IMG/VR virus record: IMGVR_UViG_3300030106_002463
Coordinates: 1 to 59,362 of that record
DNA from: a virus
Taxonomy: Duplodnaviria > Caudoviricetes
DNA length: 59,362 nucleotides
Strand: one strand, 5' to 3'
Part shown: piece after piece, positions 1 to 9,008 of the stretch
How positions within the stretch are numbered: the stretch's first letter is position 1
Layout of the letters: every line of letters begins with the position of its first letter
Made by a program: the position numbers and the translations under genes
The notes under the pieces: generated by a model
Seen by the model: the letters and a program-made list of their open reading frames with translations, nothing else
Told to the model about the DNA's origin: nothing
The model's database searches: none

Positions 1-956
1 GTCTCTGGATACGACCTCCGCACAGCCAGGAGAAGCCTTGACCTCATGCTCATGGAGTGGGCCAACAGGGGCATAAACCTCTGGTGCGTAGACCAGCATA
101 CCGAAAGTCTTGGTTCAGACGTTGGAGATTTTACCGCTGTGAACACGTCCTCAAAGGTTGCTGTCTCGATACTGGACGCAATCCTGAGAACTGATGCTGG
201 CGATGCAGACAAGCAGTCCGACTACGAGCTAAGCAGAATTTCAAGAAATACATACATGAACATCCCATCAAAGCTCACGAAGGGAAGACCGACCCAGCTT
301 TACGTGGACAGGCAGCAGGGCAGTATCAAGTTAAACATCTGGCCGAGAACGGACAGCGCAAACTACCAGCTCATCTACACCTACATACGTCGTATGGAGG
401 ACTCTGGCCCCGGCGGCACCTACGACCCGGATGTGCCGGATAGATTTTGGCCCGCGTTGGTAGCCGGTCTTGCCTATAACATTGCCCTCAAGAAGCCTGA
501 GGCTGGACAGCGAATCCAGATGCTCAAGCAGGTATATGACGAGCAGTTCCAGTACGCAGCAGATGAGGACAGGGAGAAGGCCCCCTTCAGGCTCTACCCC
601 GGAGGCTACAGCTACTAATGGCTTCGTATGCTGAAGGCAGAAAAGCTTTTGGCTTTTGTGACAGATGCGGCTTCAGGTACAACCTGAAAGATCTGAAGAC
701 CGAAACTGTCAATCTTGCTACCACGAATCTGCTGGTCTGCTCTGAGTGCTGGGATCCGGATCATCCCCAGAACATGCTGGGTCGAGTAAGAGTTGATGAC
801 CCTCAGGCTCTCCGCAACCCCAGACCTCTCGGTGGTATTAGCGGCAGAGATCTTCCGGCTGCTTATAGATGGGACTTTTCTACAGGCACAGCTCAGACTG
901 ATCCGACTCGGATTGATGGGTGGTGGGCAAGCAACGGGACTGTTACTTGGAACTCT
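1..956 (+). repeat. Terminal direct repeat, left copy (imperfect match to 58407-59362)
   Basis: Starts GTCTCTGGATACGACC and ends GGAACTCT exactly as 58407-59362 does; colinear with offset 58406, with substitutions concentrated in about 88-400. Confidence 0.97.
46..618 (+). CDS. Virion head-tail connector/tail tubular-type protein, 5'-truncated allele of 58323-59024
   Basis: 173 of 190 aa identical to the C-terminal part of 58323-59024; lies between capsid and tail genes. Confidence 0.7.
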   Translation: MLMEWANRGINLWCVDQHTESLGSDVGDFTAVNTSSKVAVSILDAILRTDAGDADKQSDYELSRISRNTYMNIPSKLTKGRPTQLYVDRQQGSIKLNIWPRTDSANYQLIYTYIRRMEDSGPGGTYDPDVPDRFWPALVAGLAYNIALKKPEAGQRIQMLKQVYDEQFQYAADEDREKAPFRLYPGGYSY

Positions 957-1490
957 TCTTCGGAAACTTTAAATTTAATTTCTGAATCAGGAACAGCTAG
1001 CCCTGGAGATCCTTACCTCAATCGGGGCTGGAATTATACAGGCGCAAATGATTGGCTAAGTATTGATACTTCAGTTTATAAATTTGTAGTCAGTTCTTTT
1101 AAGGTTAATCGATTTCCTGAATTTGAGCAGGACGATCGATACTATCAAGATTTTCAAGGTCAATTATACTGGGCGATAGATACGGCCGCTGGCCCTGATT
1201 CTGGATATCCTTACACTACTGAAAGAAGCCAAGTCGCTCAGCACAAGCCGGTCTTTACAAACACTCAAGTTTCTGATGGATTTGCTACGGCTGACCGGGA
1301 CATGGCAAGTCAATTTAAGATTGTATGGGATATGAGCAGTAATCCTAATTGGTCCGGCACGGTGACGGGCATAAGGCTGGATTATTTTGACGCCCGCAAC
1401 GAGGGATCGTCTGGCTCTATAGACCACGACGCTGGCGACATTGATATTAACTACATAGAGGTTGTGGCTTTCCACAACCCAGATCTCTAG
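618..1490 (+). CDS. Virion-associated protein: N-terminal CxxC/CxxC Zn-binding domain plus C-terminal beta-rich carbohydrate-binding-like domain
   Basis: CDRCG...CSECWD...HPQ at N-terminus; Trp/Tyr-rich C-terminus with WSGTVTGIRLD; start overlaps upstream stop (TAATG). Confidence 0.55.
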   Translation: MASYAEGRKAFGFCDRCGFRYNLKDLKTETVNLATTNLLVCSECWDPDHPQNMLGRVRVDDPQALRNPRPLGGISGRDLPAAYRWDFSTGTAQTDPTRIDGWWASNGTVTWNSSSETLNLISESGTASPGDPYLNRGWNYTGANDWLSIDTSVYKFVVSSFKVNRFPEFEQDDRYYQDFQGQLYWAIDTAAGPDSGYPYTTERSQVAQHKPVFTNTQVSDGFATADRDMASQFKIVWDMSSNPNWSGTVTGIRLDYFDARNEGSSGSIDHDAGDIDINYIEVVAFHNPDL

Positions 1491-1499
1491 GAGAGAACA

Positions 1500-1715
1500 A
1501 TGCCGAAGGTAGGAAACAAGCACTTTTCGTATGACCAGTCTGGACATGACAAGGCCATGAAGGAAGCCCAGAGAACGGGCCTCCCGATCGAGAACGAAGA
1601 CAAGAACTACGCCCAGTTTGCTGGCGGCGGATCTGTCATGAAACCCAAGATGTATGGCAAAGGCGGATCTGTCAGAGGCTACGGCAAGGCTCGTGCGCCG
1701 AAGGGAAAGAAGTAA
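1500..1715 (+). CDS. Small basic virion protein with [FY]xxGGSV motifs
   Basis: AGGAG Shine-Dalgarno upstream; FAGGGSV and YGKGGSV motifs; Lys-rich tail. Confidence 0.65.
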   Translation: MPKVGNKHFSYDQSGHDKAMKEAQRTGLPIENEDKNYAQFAGGGSVMKPKMYGKGGSVRGYGKARAPKGKK

Positions 1716-2417
1716 TTGGCAGCCTTCACTCTCGCAACACTACGGACAGCCATTGATGAATGGCTAGAAAATGACTCCTGGGGCACTAGCTCCCAAAGAG
1801 ACAATATTATTGTGTTAGCGGAGGAAAAGATTAACTCTCTCGTAGGCATTGCTGGCTACAACACGAAAGAAGCGACTGGTTCCATTTCGTCTACGAATGG
1901 AAACTTTACTATAGCAGACAGCATAACTGGCCCTCTGACTCCTCTTTACCTGAGGATAAGGACCGGGAGTACAAGCACAGCTTGGAAGTTTTTACTTTTA
2001 AAAGATTACAACTTCCTTCAAGAGTATGCTCCAGTGGAGGGAACTACTGGAGAGCCTAAGTATTACGCCTTTTACAATGATGTAAGTAGCTCTAACGCAG
2101 CAACCGTAAGTTTTTCTCCATATGCAAACGCTACCTACAATTATGCTTTTGGTTATTACTTCGAACCTGATTCTATTACTAAAAACGGTACTACTTCTAA
2201 TGAAACTTGGCTCAGCACCCACGCAAAGAACGCCCTGCTCTACGGGTGCATCGCTCAGGCATACATTTTCATGAAGGGTGATCCTGATCTAATCCAAACC
2301 TATGAAATGAAATTCATGGAAGCTCTGAAGTCCCTTGTTGCAATGCAGGGTGGAACCTTCAGGGATACCTCTTTCAATGATTCGGATAACACTCCGAACG
2401 TAATGGCGGCTCAGTAA
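1716..2417 (+). CDS. Tail adaptor / tail tubular A-like protein
   Basis: G-P-x-YY motif and WLS-x-HA-x-NALLYG-x5-YIFMKG typical of podovirus adaptors; synteny. Confidence 0.65.
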   Translation: MAAFTLATLRTAIDEWLENDSWGTSSQRDNIIVLAEEKINSLVGIAGYNTKEATGSISSTNGNFTIADSITGPLTPLYLRIRTGSTSTAWKFLLLKDYNFLQEYAPVEGTTGEPKYYAFYNDVSSSNAATVSFSPYANATYNYAFGYYFEPDSITKNGTTSNETWLSTHAKNALLYGCIAQAYIFMKGDPDLIQTYEMKFMEALKSLVAMQGGTFRDTSFNDSDNTPNVMAAQ

Positions 2418-4369
2418 TGGCTTCTACTTACACTGATGGACTTGCAGTTGAGATTATTGGATCTGGCGACAAGGCTGGATCCTGGGGCGATGTCACCAAT
2501 AATAACCTCAAAGCATTAGAAGAAGGCATATCTCGATACGCTGAGATTAGCGCTGCTGGATCGAACACATCCACGTTGAATATACCTGATGGTCAGACTG
2601 CTTATACGGATGATTCAAAGGGAAGATCTGCTGTAATTAAGTGGACTGGCGCTATCGCTTCCGGGGATAGCCATACAGTAACGCTTCAAGTTGGTGGAGC
2701 TGAAGCTACTCAAGCTAGATTTACTGCAATAAATGGGTTGAGCAGCAGTAAAGATCTAGTAATCGATACTGCGTCAGGGACATCGCTTACGATACCCAAC
2801 GGGTATTCTGCCAATATTCACATCGATGGTTCTGGAAACGTCATCAATAGTCTTTCTGGATTAGCAGTAGAAAAAATTGCTCTGAAAAACAACGAAATTA
2901 TTTCAAACGAAACAAACGATGAAATTATCATCGCTGCTGACACTGTAAAGGTTGGAGATGATGGAGCGGCAACGCTCAGTAGTAACGGCAATCAAGATCT
3001 AATACTCAAGACTGGTAATACTACTACTGGAAGCATCACGCTAGTAGACGGCACAGACGGCGACATATCTATTACACCTCACAATAACGGCAAGGTAGTA
3101 ATGGATAAGGTGAATATCGGAGGAGGGGAAATCGATGGCACTCCGATAGGCGCTAATTCTGCAAACACCGGAGCGTTTTCAACCCTGTCCGCAACAGGCA
3201 CATCAACCCTTGTAGCAATAAACGCTTCCGGAAATATTGCAACTTCTGGTTCGACAACGATTACTGCTGCTAATGGGCTGGTAGCTACTGCTGGAGGTCT
3301 AACCGTTAATGCTGGTGGTATAGATGTTAATGGCGGTTCTGTAGATTTAGCTTCCGGCGGCATAACGAATACAGGGTCTATTGCTGGCGCAACTACGATA
3401 ACAGCTACCGGAGAGGTAACTGCTGGATCCGTCGATACCCAAGATCTTCACAACGCAGGCGCGCTAGGTATTTCTACTACTACCGGAGAGAAAATTACTC
3501 TAACAGCAAACAGTTCTAGTATTGATTTAATTTCTGCTTCTAGTGGCGGAGTAAACACTCTTTCGGGTGAGAACACTAAGGTGGTTCTCAATACAGGATC
3601 CACCAACAGCGCAGGGAATCTCCTCGTTGGTCAAGGGACGGGAACTGCCACTGTAAAGCCTGGGGGGACTGGCAGGTTAGAATTAACTTCTTCAAGCATT
3701 GCAACCTCATCGGGGCAGGAAGCTATCCATATTAATGCTTCCGCTGGTCGTATAGGCTTGGAGGTTGGAGAGAATTCAGACCTTATAACTTTTAGAATTC
3801 CTATAAGTTCTGCCCCCACAACTCCTGTGTTCCAAGGGTTCTTTAACGAAAACGGTCTTGCACTTCATGGTGCCGGTGGACAATATCTAAATTTTAGTTC
3901 TGGAACCGGATCCACTGGGTTTGGACTTAGAGGTAATAGCACTTACGGGCCGATAGAATTTCGGGCCGCAAATGGAGGGGGAATAGCCGACACTTGGGGT
4001 CGCATCTATCACTCCGGCATGGCCTCTGGGGACGGTGCTTACTTTGAAGTTACGCAAACTGATGTTTCGGCGAGCAGCGTAACCACGCATTCGACTTCAT
4101 TTTCTTCCGTACCTTCGATTGTCACTTGCTATCTCAAATGCACTAGCGATGAACAAGGTTACACCTCTGGTGATCATGTGCTGGTTTCGAGTACCAGCGT
4201 TCTTGACACAGGTAGCACCGGCTTATCTGTTACTTTCGATGGAACAGCAAGTAACGATATTACGGTCACTGTTGGAGACGGCGGCCTTTATGTTCTCCAC
4301 AAGGCTGACGGTAACGAGGTTGCGCTTGACGAGAGCAAGTGGGATTTAGTTATCAAGGCTTGGAAGTAG
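2417..4369 (+). CDS. Tail fiber / spike protein
   Basis: N-terminal MASTY..L..E.IGSG..AGSWG..TN.NL anchor, then G/S/T/N-rich beta-repeat shaft. Confidence 0.75.
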   Translation: MASTYTDGLAVEIIGSGDKAGSWGDVTNNNLKALEEGISRYAEISAAGSNTSTLNIPDGQTAYTDDSKGRSAVIKWTGAIASGDSHTVTLQVGGAEATQARFTAINGLSSSKDLVIDTASGTSLTIPNGYSANIHIDGSGNVINSLSGLAVEKIALKNNEIISNETNDEIIIAADTVKVGDDGAATLSSNGNQDLILKTGNTTTGSITLVDGTDGDISITPHNNGKVVMDKVNIGGGEIDGTPIGANSANTGAFSTLSATGTSTLVAINASGNIATSGSTTITAANGLVATAGGLTVNAGGIDVNGGSVDLASGGITNTGSIAGATTITATGEVTAGSVDTQDLHNAGALGISTTTGEKITLTANSSSIDLISASSGGVNTLSGENTKVVLNTGSTNSAGNLLVGQGTGTATVKPGGTGRLELTSSSIATSSGQEAIHINASAGRIGLEVGENSDLITFRIPISSAPTTPVFQGFFNENGLALHGAGGQYLNFSSGTGSTGFGLRGNSTYGPIEFRAANGGGIADTWGRIYHSGMASGDGAYFEVTQTDVSASSVTTHSTSFSSVPSIVTCYLKCTSDEQGYTSGDHVLVSSTSVLDTGSTGLSVTFDGTASNDITVTVGDGGLYVLHKADGNEVALDESKWDLVIKAWK

Positions 4370-4370
4370 A

Positions 4371-7088
4371 ATGCCTTACAGAAAAGTCACATTTCCTCCC
4401 GGCATAAATAGAGAGGGAACCCAGTATTCCGCTGAAGGAAACTGGTATGACTGTGACTTAATCAGGTTCCGTCAAGGAAGACCTGAGAAGATCGGTGGCT
4501 GGACGAAGTATTCCAGCAATGAGTTCCTTGGCATATCCAGATCTTTACTGAACTGGTCTTCGATTGCTGGTGCAAACCTTATGGCAATCGGATCAGACAA
4601 GAAGCTCTATGTAGATCTCGGCGGTGTTTACCATGACATCACGCCGATGGATTACAAGTCTCAAGGCACGCTTGACCTTGAGATGGCAAATGTTTCGACA
4701 AACACAAATGCAAAATTTAGTTTTAATGTATCTGTGAACGATGTGGTCCGGATGGGGAGTGACGCAAACGCAGTCGGCGATGAGTTAATGACTGTAGTTT
4801 CTGTTGCTTCTTCCGGTGTAGCTGGAGAAACTATTGAGATGGGGCGAGGTAGCTGCAACACAACCACTTCATTGCACTCCGTTGGTGACGGGGCATTTCT
4901 TCTTCAAAACCTAAGCGACCCAATATACTTAATAGATAATTTAACTACAGCCCTCATCTATTACCCGTCTCACGGATTAGCTTCTGGTGATTTTATAAAC
5001 TTTTTAAAAATTGCATCAGACCCGTCGAATAGCGCGCCCGTAACCAAAGATGACCTTTACTACCCGTCTCACACTTCTGGCACAGACGGATACGATACTA
5101 CGAAATCAACGCAAAGTTTTCCTGTCACTAAAGTTTTGACAAGCGATTACTTTGAGATACGAATTGCTACAGCTCCAACTGGACTCGTAAGCTCCACTCT
5201 CGATGCAGACATTACTAGCTCTGCAACTAGTATAAGTTTGAGCGATACAGTCTTTGGTGCGGGAGACTTTGTAAGAATCGGAGACGAGTACATAAAGCTG
5301 GTGACTCATGACGGAAGTGGAGACTTCAGTGGATGCTTGAGATCTCAATTCGGATCTAAATCAGCAGCTCATTCATCTGGCGCTGCGGTCAATGAAGTAG
5401 GCGACAGCGGCAGCGGTCAAGGTGGCAACACCATCATCATGCGAGACATCCAGGCTTCTGAATCTACATTCTCTGAGTTCAGTGGATGGGGAGCAGGAAC
5501 CTGGGGTGGCATACCGTCAGCTACCACATCTTCGACGTTAGCCAGTTCAATAAATAATTCTGTAGAAAATATACCTCTAAGTGTTTCTGATTCTTTTGGT
5601 AGCTCCGGAGAGGTTTTAATAGAGTCGGAAATAATTGTGTTCACTTCAAACAACACAGGCACGGATATCTTGAGCGGAGGGTCTGGTACGACTAGAGGAC
5701 AAAGTGGAACGACGGCTGTATCTCACTCTTCAGGAACTTCTGTCTTCCTCGTGGATCAATACTGGACTGCCTGGGGCGACCCCACAGTTCCTATGGCTGA
5801 TGGCACAAACGCTTTAAATGTATGGTCGCTCGACACGTTTGGTGAAGATCTTGTAGCAGCCAAAGACAGATCTAGACCCTACTACTGGAACACCTCGCTC
5901 AAGATGAGCAACGGTTATCCGTACAGCACTTCTTCTGATTCTAGTAATGATTACGCATCAGGGATCATGCTTGCCGATGCGGTTCCTATGTCATCTCTCG
6001 GCTTGTCAACAGATGATGGTCATGGAGAAGTACCTGAAGAAGTGGGCTTCTTGATGACCAATCCCGCGTCTCGTCAGGTCATTGCCTTTGGTGCATCCGA
6101 CACATTCGGAAACTTCGACCCGATGCTTATCCGCTGGTGCGATCAAGACCACCCCGGATCTTGGAAGATGACAGACCAGAACTCTGCTGGCGGTGCCCCG
6201 CTACAGAAGGGTTCAAAGATTATATCTGCCGCTAGATCAGATAGGCAGATCTTGGTGTGGACGGATAACGCCTTGTACTCCTTACAGTATGTTGGAGGCG
6301 ACTTTGTTTTCGGACTCCAAGAAGTTGCAGACGGAGTTTCAATAGCCTCTAGACATGCACACAAAGCAGCTAGAGGGATTGTCTACTGGATGGGCGACAA
6401 CAACTTCTACCAGTCGGATGGCCGATCTGTTCAGCAAGTTCCCTGTTCTGTTCTATCGAAGGTTTTTGAAGAATTAAATTACGATAAGAGAGAGGTTATA
6501 TTTTCCGCTCTGAACTCTCTCTTCAATGAGATCATCTGGTTCTATCCATCAGGGGATAGTACCGAGCCAAACAAATATGTCTTGTTCAATTATGTAGAGA
6601 ACACCTGGGCATACGGATCTATGGCTAGATCTTCTTGGTCTGACTCAGGGCTTCGCGAAAAACCGAACGCTGCGTACAACAAGGAAGCTTACGACTCCGG
6701 CGTGTACGATGGGATAGATCGATCCATCATTTATAACCATGAAGATGGCTATATGAATGACGGCTCCAAGATGAATTCCTTTATTGAGAGTGCTTATTTC
6801 GACATAGAAGATGGGGATATGTCGATATTTGCAGACAGATTTGCCCCTGATTTCAGATCCTTAAAGGGCAGCCCGCAGCTAACGGCAACTCTAACTGCGA
6901 AGAACTACCCCTCATCTAGCACTTCCAAAACAAGATCTTTAACGCTTGATGGCACGACGGAGTTTGTGAACACAAGACTTCGCGGACGAACGATGTCTGT
7001 AAAATTTGACGACAACACCAGCTCTTCAGATACAGGATGGGAGCTTGGTGATTCCAGAATACGCATCAAGCCTGATGGGAGAAGGTAA
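4371..7088 (+). CDS. Tail stabilisation/nozzle protein (P22 gp10-like) with inserted repeat domains
   Basis: N-terminal PGINRE...IRFRQGRPEKIGGW, IRWCDQD, C-terminal LRGR...W.LG..R..I.PDGRR. Confidence 0.7.
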   Translation: MPYRKVTFPPGINREGTQYSAEGNWYDCDLIRFRQGRPEKIGGWTKYSSNEFLGISRSLLNWSSIAGANLMAIGSDKKLYVDLGGVYHDITPMDYKSQGTLDLEMANVSTNTNAKFSFNVSVNDVVRMGSDANAVGDELMTVVSVASSGVAGETIEMGRGSCNTTTSLHSVGDGAFLLQNLSDPIYLIDNLTTALIYYPSHGLASGDFINFLKIASDPSNSAPVTKDDLYYPSHTSGTDGYDTTKSTQSFPVTKVLTSDYFEIRIATAPTGLVSSTLDADITSSATSISLSDTVFGAGDFVRIGDEYIKLVTHDGSGDFSGCLRSQFGSKSAAHSSGAAVNEVGDSGSGQGGNTIIMRDIQASESTFSEFSGWGAGTWGGIPSATTSSTLASSINNSVENIPLSVSDSFGSSGEVLIESEIIVFTSNNTGTDILSGGSGTTRGQSGTTAVSHSSGTSVFLVDQYWTAWGDPTVPMADGTNALNVWSLDTFGEDLVAAKDRSRPYYWNTSLKMSNGYPYSTSSDSSNDYASGIMLADAVPMSSLGLSTDDGHGEVPEEVGFLMTNPASRQVIAFGASDTFGNFDPMLIRWCDQDHPGSWKMTDQNSAGGAPLQKGSKIISAARSDRQILVWTDNALYSLQYVGGDFVFGLQEVADGVSIASRHAHKAARGIVYWMGDNNFYQSDGRSVQQVPCSVLSKVFEELNYDKREVIFSALNSLFNEIIWFYPSGDSTEPNKYVLFNYVENTWAYGSMARSSWSDSGLREKPNAAYNKEAYDSGVYDGIDRSIIYNHEDGYMNDGSKMNSFIESAYFDIEDGDMSIFADRFAPDFRSLKGSPQLTATLTAKNYPSSSTSKTRSLTLDGTTEFVNTRLRGRTMSVKFDDNTSSSDTGWELGDSRIRIKPDGRR

Positions 7089-7249
7089 TGGCTGATGATG
7101 ATTACAATAGAGAGCGCGATCCTTTTCGCCGCGAGAGCTTTGATAATCTCAATGTGGTCAATCAAAATGTCTCAGATAAACGAGACAACAATCAGATCAT
7201 AAAGCTTGCAATGGTCTTCCCGCCGATAGGTGTAGTGACTCATGGCTGA
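7088..7249 (+). CDS. 53-aa hypothetical virion protein (below the ORF-track cutoff)
   Basis: MADDDYNRERDPF...VVTHG*; start overlaps upstream stop, end overlaps next start. Confidence 0.5.
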   Translation: MADDDYNRERDPFRRESFDNLNVVNQNVSDKRDNNQIIKLAMVFPPIGVVTHG

Positions 7250-7613
7250 TGGCTTCAAGATACTGGCGCAGGCTACCCTGACGAATACAGAAGCCACTAT
7301 CTACACAGTCCCTACTCCCTCGGGTGAACGGTTTTTGACCAGAGGGAATTCGCAAGCTGTTATCTCATCGATCATTCTTTGCTGCACGAATGATGCGGGT
7401 GGTGCCGGTCCGAACTATTCGATACGGGTTAAAAAGTCAGGCGAAGACGCAGACGCCGACAAGCAGATTATATTTAAAGAACAAGCTATTGCTTTAAATG
7501 AAACTGATGTTCTCTCCTTAGGGATAGGGCTTGTATCTGGTGATTCGATAGAAGCAGCCTGCTCCTCTGGCGACGCAGTTCAAATGAATATATTCGGAAC
7601 GGAAGTTCTCTAG
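7242..7613 (+). CDS. Small structural protein (beta-sandwich, tail-associated)
   Basis: FKILAQ...TIYTVP...GIGLVSGDSI...NIFGTEV pattern common in podovirus tail modules. Confidence 0.55.
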   Translation: MADGFKILAQATLTNTEATIYTVPTPSGERFLTRGNSQAVISSIILCCTNDAGGAGPNYSIRVKKSGEDADADKQIIFKEQAIALNETDVLSLGIGLVSGDSIEAACSSGDAVQMNIFGTEVL

Positions 7614-7622
7614 GTAAATATT

Positions 7623-8996
7623 ATGATGAGAAAAACCTTCGGACAGTTTGAATCTCCGCAGGAAGCAAACCCTACGGGGAGCCAAGCCAAGGCTTCCACT
7701 CCCCCCATCATGGGCGCTCCCATGCCCAATGCTGGCATGAAGAATCAGAACATGGGGAATGTGTCGCCTCCCAAGGACAAGCCCTCTCCTAAGCAGTTTG
7801 CCCAGAGACAGGCTGCTGGCAAGCGGCTGAATAAGATGCCGAATCAGTCGCCGCTGGGTCCGATCACTGGTGGACCGGCCAAGCCTCAGGCTAGACCTCA
7901 GGCTAGACCTCAGACGCAGCAACAGCAGCAGGAACCTGTGGGTACTGGTGACCGATGGATGGGAGAACTCTGGCAGGGGCTCACCCTCGACGAGCAGCCT
8001 CAAGGTGGCTTTACGATGGGGGGGAAGGTTGGAAACACCCTTAGCCCTGAGATGGATCTTTACAGCAAAGTCACTATGGAGCTTGAGTCTGGTGGGGTAG
8101 GTGGATATGCCCACGGTGGGATGGTGGAGCAGTCGAGAGAGATCGCTTCCAAGGGTCGCAATGGCGACACCATGCTCATGCACATCCAGCCTCAGGAGCT
8201 TGAGGGTCTTCAGTCGCTTCTCGGTCCAGTGACCATCAATCCTAATACTGGAAACCCTGAGGCTTTTGCTTGGATTCCGTTCCTAGCTACTGCTGCGCTC
8301 ATGACGGGCGGAGGTGCGGGAATTGGAGCGTTAATGGGTGGCAAGGAAGGAGCTAAGAAAGGAGCTTTAATGGGATTGGGATTAGGGCTTACTGGTGGCG
8401 CGGCGGCGGGATTTGCAGGGGCAGGGGCAGGGGCAGGAGGAACAGGGCTTCTCGCTGGCGCTAAGGGAGCAGGAGGAGCTACCGCTACCGGCATAGGCGC
8501 TGCCCCTACTGTCGCTACCGCCGCCCCCACAGTAACAGCAGGGAAGCTTGGGACACTTACGATGCCGAGTGTTACCAAGGGCCTAAGCGCCAAGGTCGCA
8601 GGAACGAAGGCGGCGGCCACAGGGGGCACAGGGAAGCTTGGAGCTATTACCACCCCTGACTTTGCTGCAAACTTTTCGCAAAGTCTTATGAGCAAGCCAA
8701 GTGGCATAGAGGCTGCTTTTAAATCGGCTATGCCCAGTACCGACGTGTTACAGGGAGCCATGAATAAGATCGCAACTAATAAGAAGATCGGAGAAGTAGC
8801 CAAGGGAGTTTCGAGGGCAGCGTCGAGTGGCCTTGCTTCCTTGCAGGATCAGTCCGGCAATCAACAGCAAATGGCACCCCCTCCCCCTTCTCCTGCTCCT
8901 CGTCGGCTTAAGATGGCAGAAAGCCCTTACGAAGAGATGAAAAGAAGACGGCTCGCTAGATCTGGATCCCTTCCGGGTTCCGGCAGCGTAGTTTAG
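7623..8996 (+). CDS. Internal virion (ejection) protein, Gly/Ala-rich with hydrophobic hairpin
   Basis: ASKGRNGDTMLMHI...TINPNTGNPEAF domain followed by a glycine-zipper hydrophobic region. Confidence 0.6.
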   Translation: MMRKTFGQFESPQEANPTGSQAKASTPPIMGAPMPNAGMKNQNMGNVSPPKDKPSPKQFAQRQAAGKRLNKMPNQSPLGPITGGPAKPQARPQARPQTQQQQQEPVGTGDRWMGELWQGLTLDEQPQGGFTMGGKVGNTLSPEMDLYSKVTMELESGGVGGYAHGGMVEQSREIASKGRNGDTMLMHIQPQELEGLQSLLGPVTINPNTGNPEAFAWIPFLATAALMTGGGAGIGALMGGKEGAKKGALMGLGLGLTGGAAAGFAGAGAGAGGTGLLAGAKGAGGATATGIGAAPTVATAAPTVTAGKLGTLTMPSVTKGLSAKVAGTKAAATGGTGKLGAITTPDFAANFSQSLMSKPSGIEAAFKSAMPSTDVLQGAMNKIATNKKIGEVAKGVSRAASSGLASLQDQSGNQQQMAPPPPSPAPRRLKMAESPYEEMKRRRLARSGSLPGSGSVV

Positions 8997-9008
8997 TTAG
9001 GATTTTAA

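Noticed and set aside
7884-8440. Short tandem repeats (CCTCAGGCTAGA, GCAGGG) as contingency loci
   Set aside because: In-frame low-complexity PQAR and GA coding repeats in a disordered region; slippage would not shift the frame
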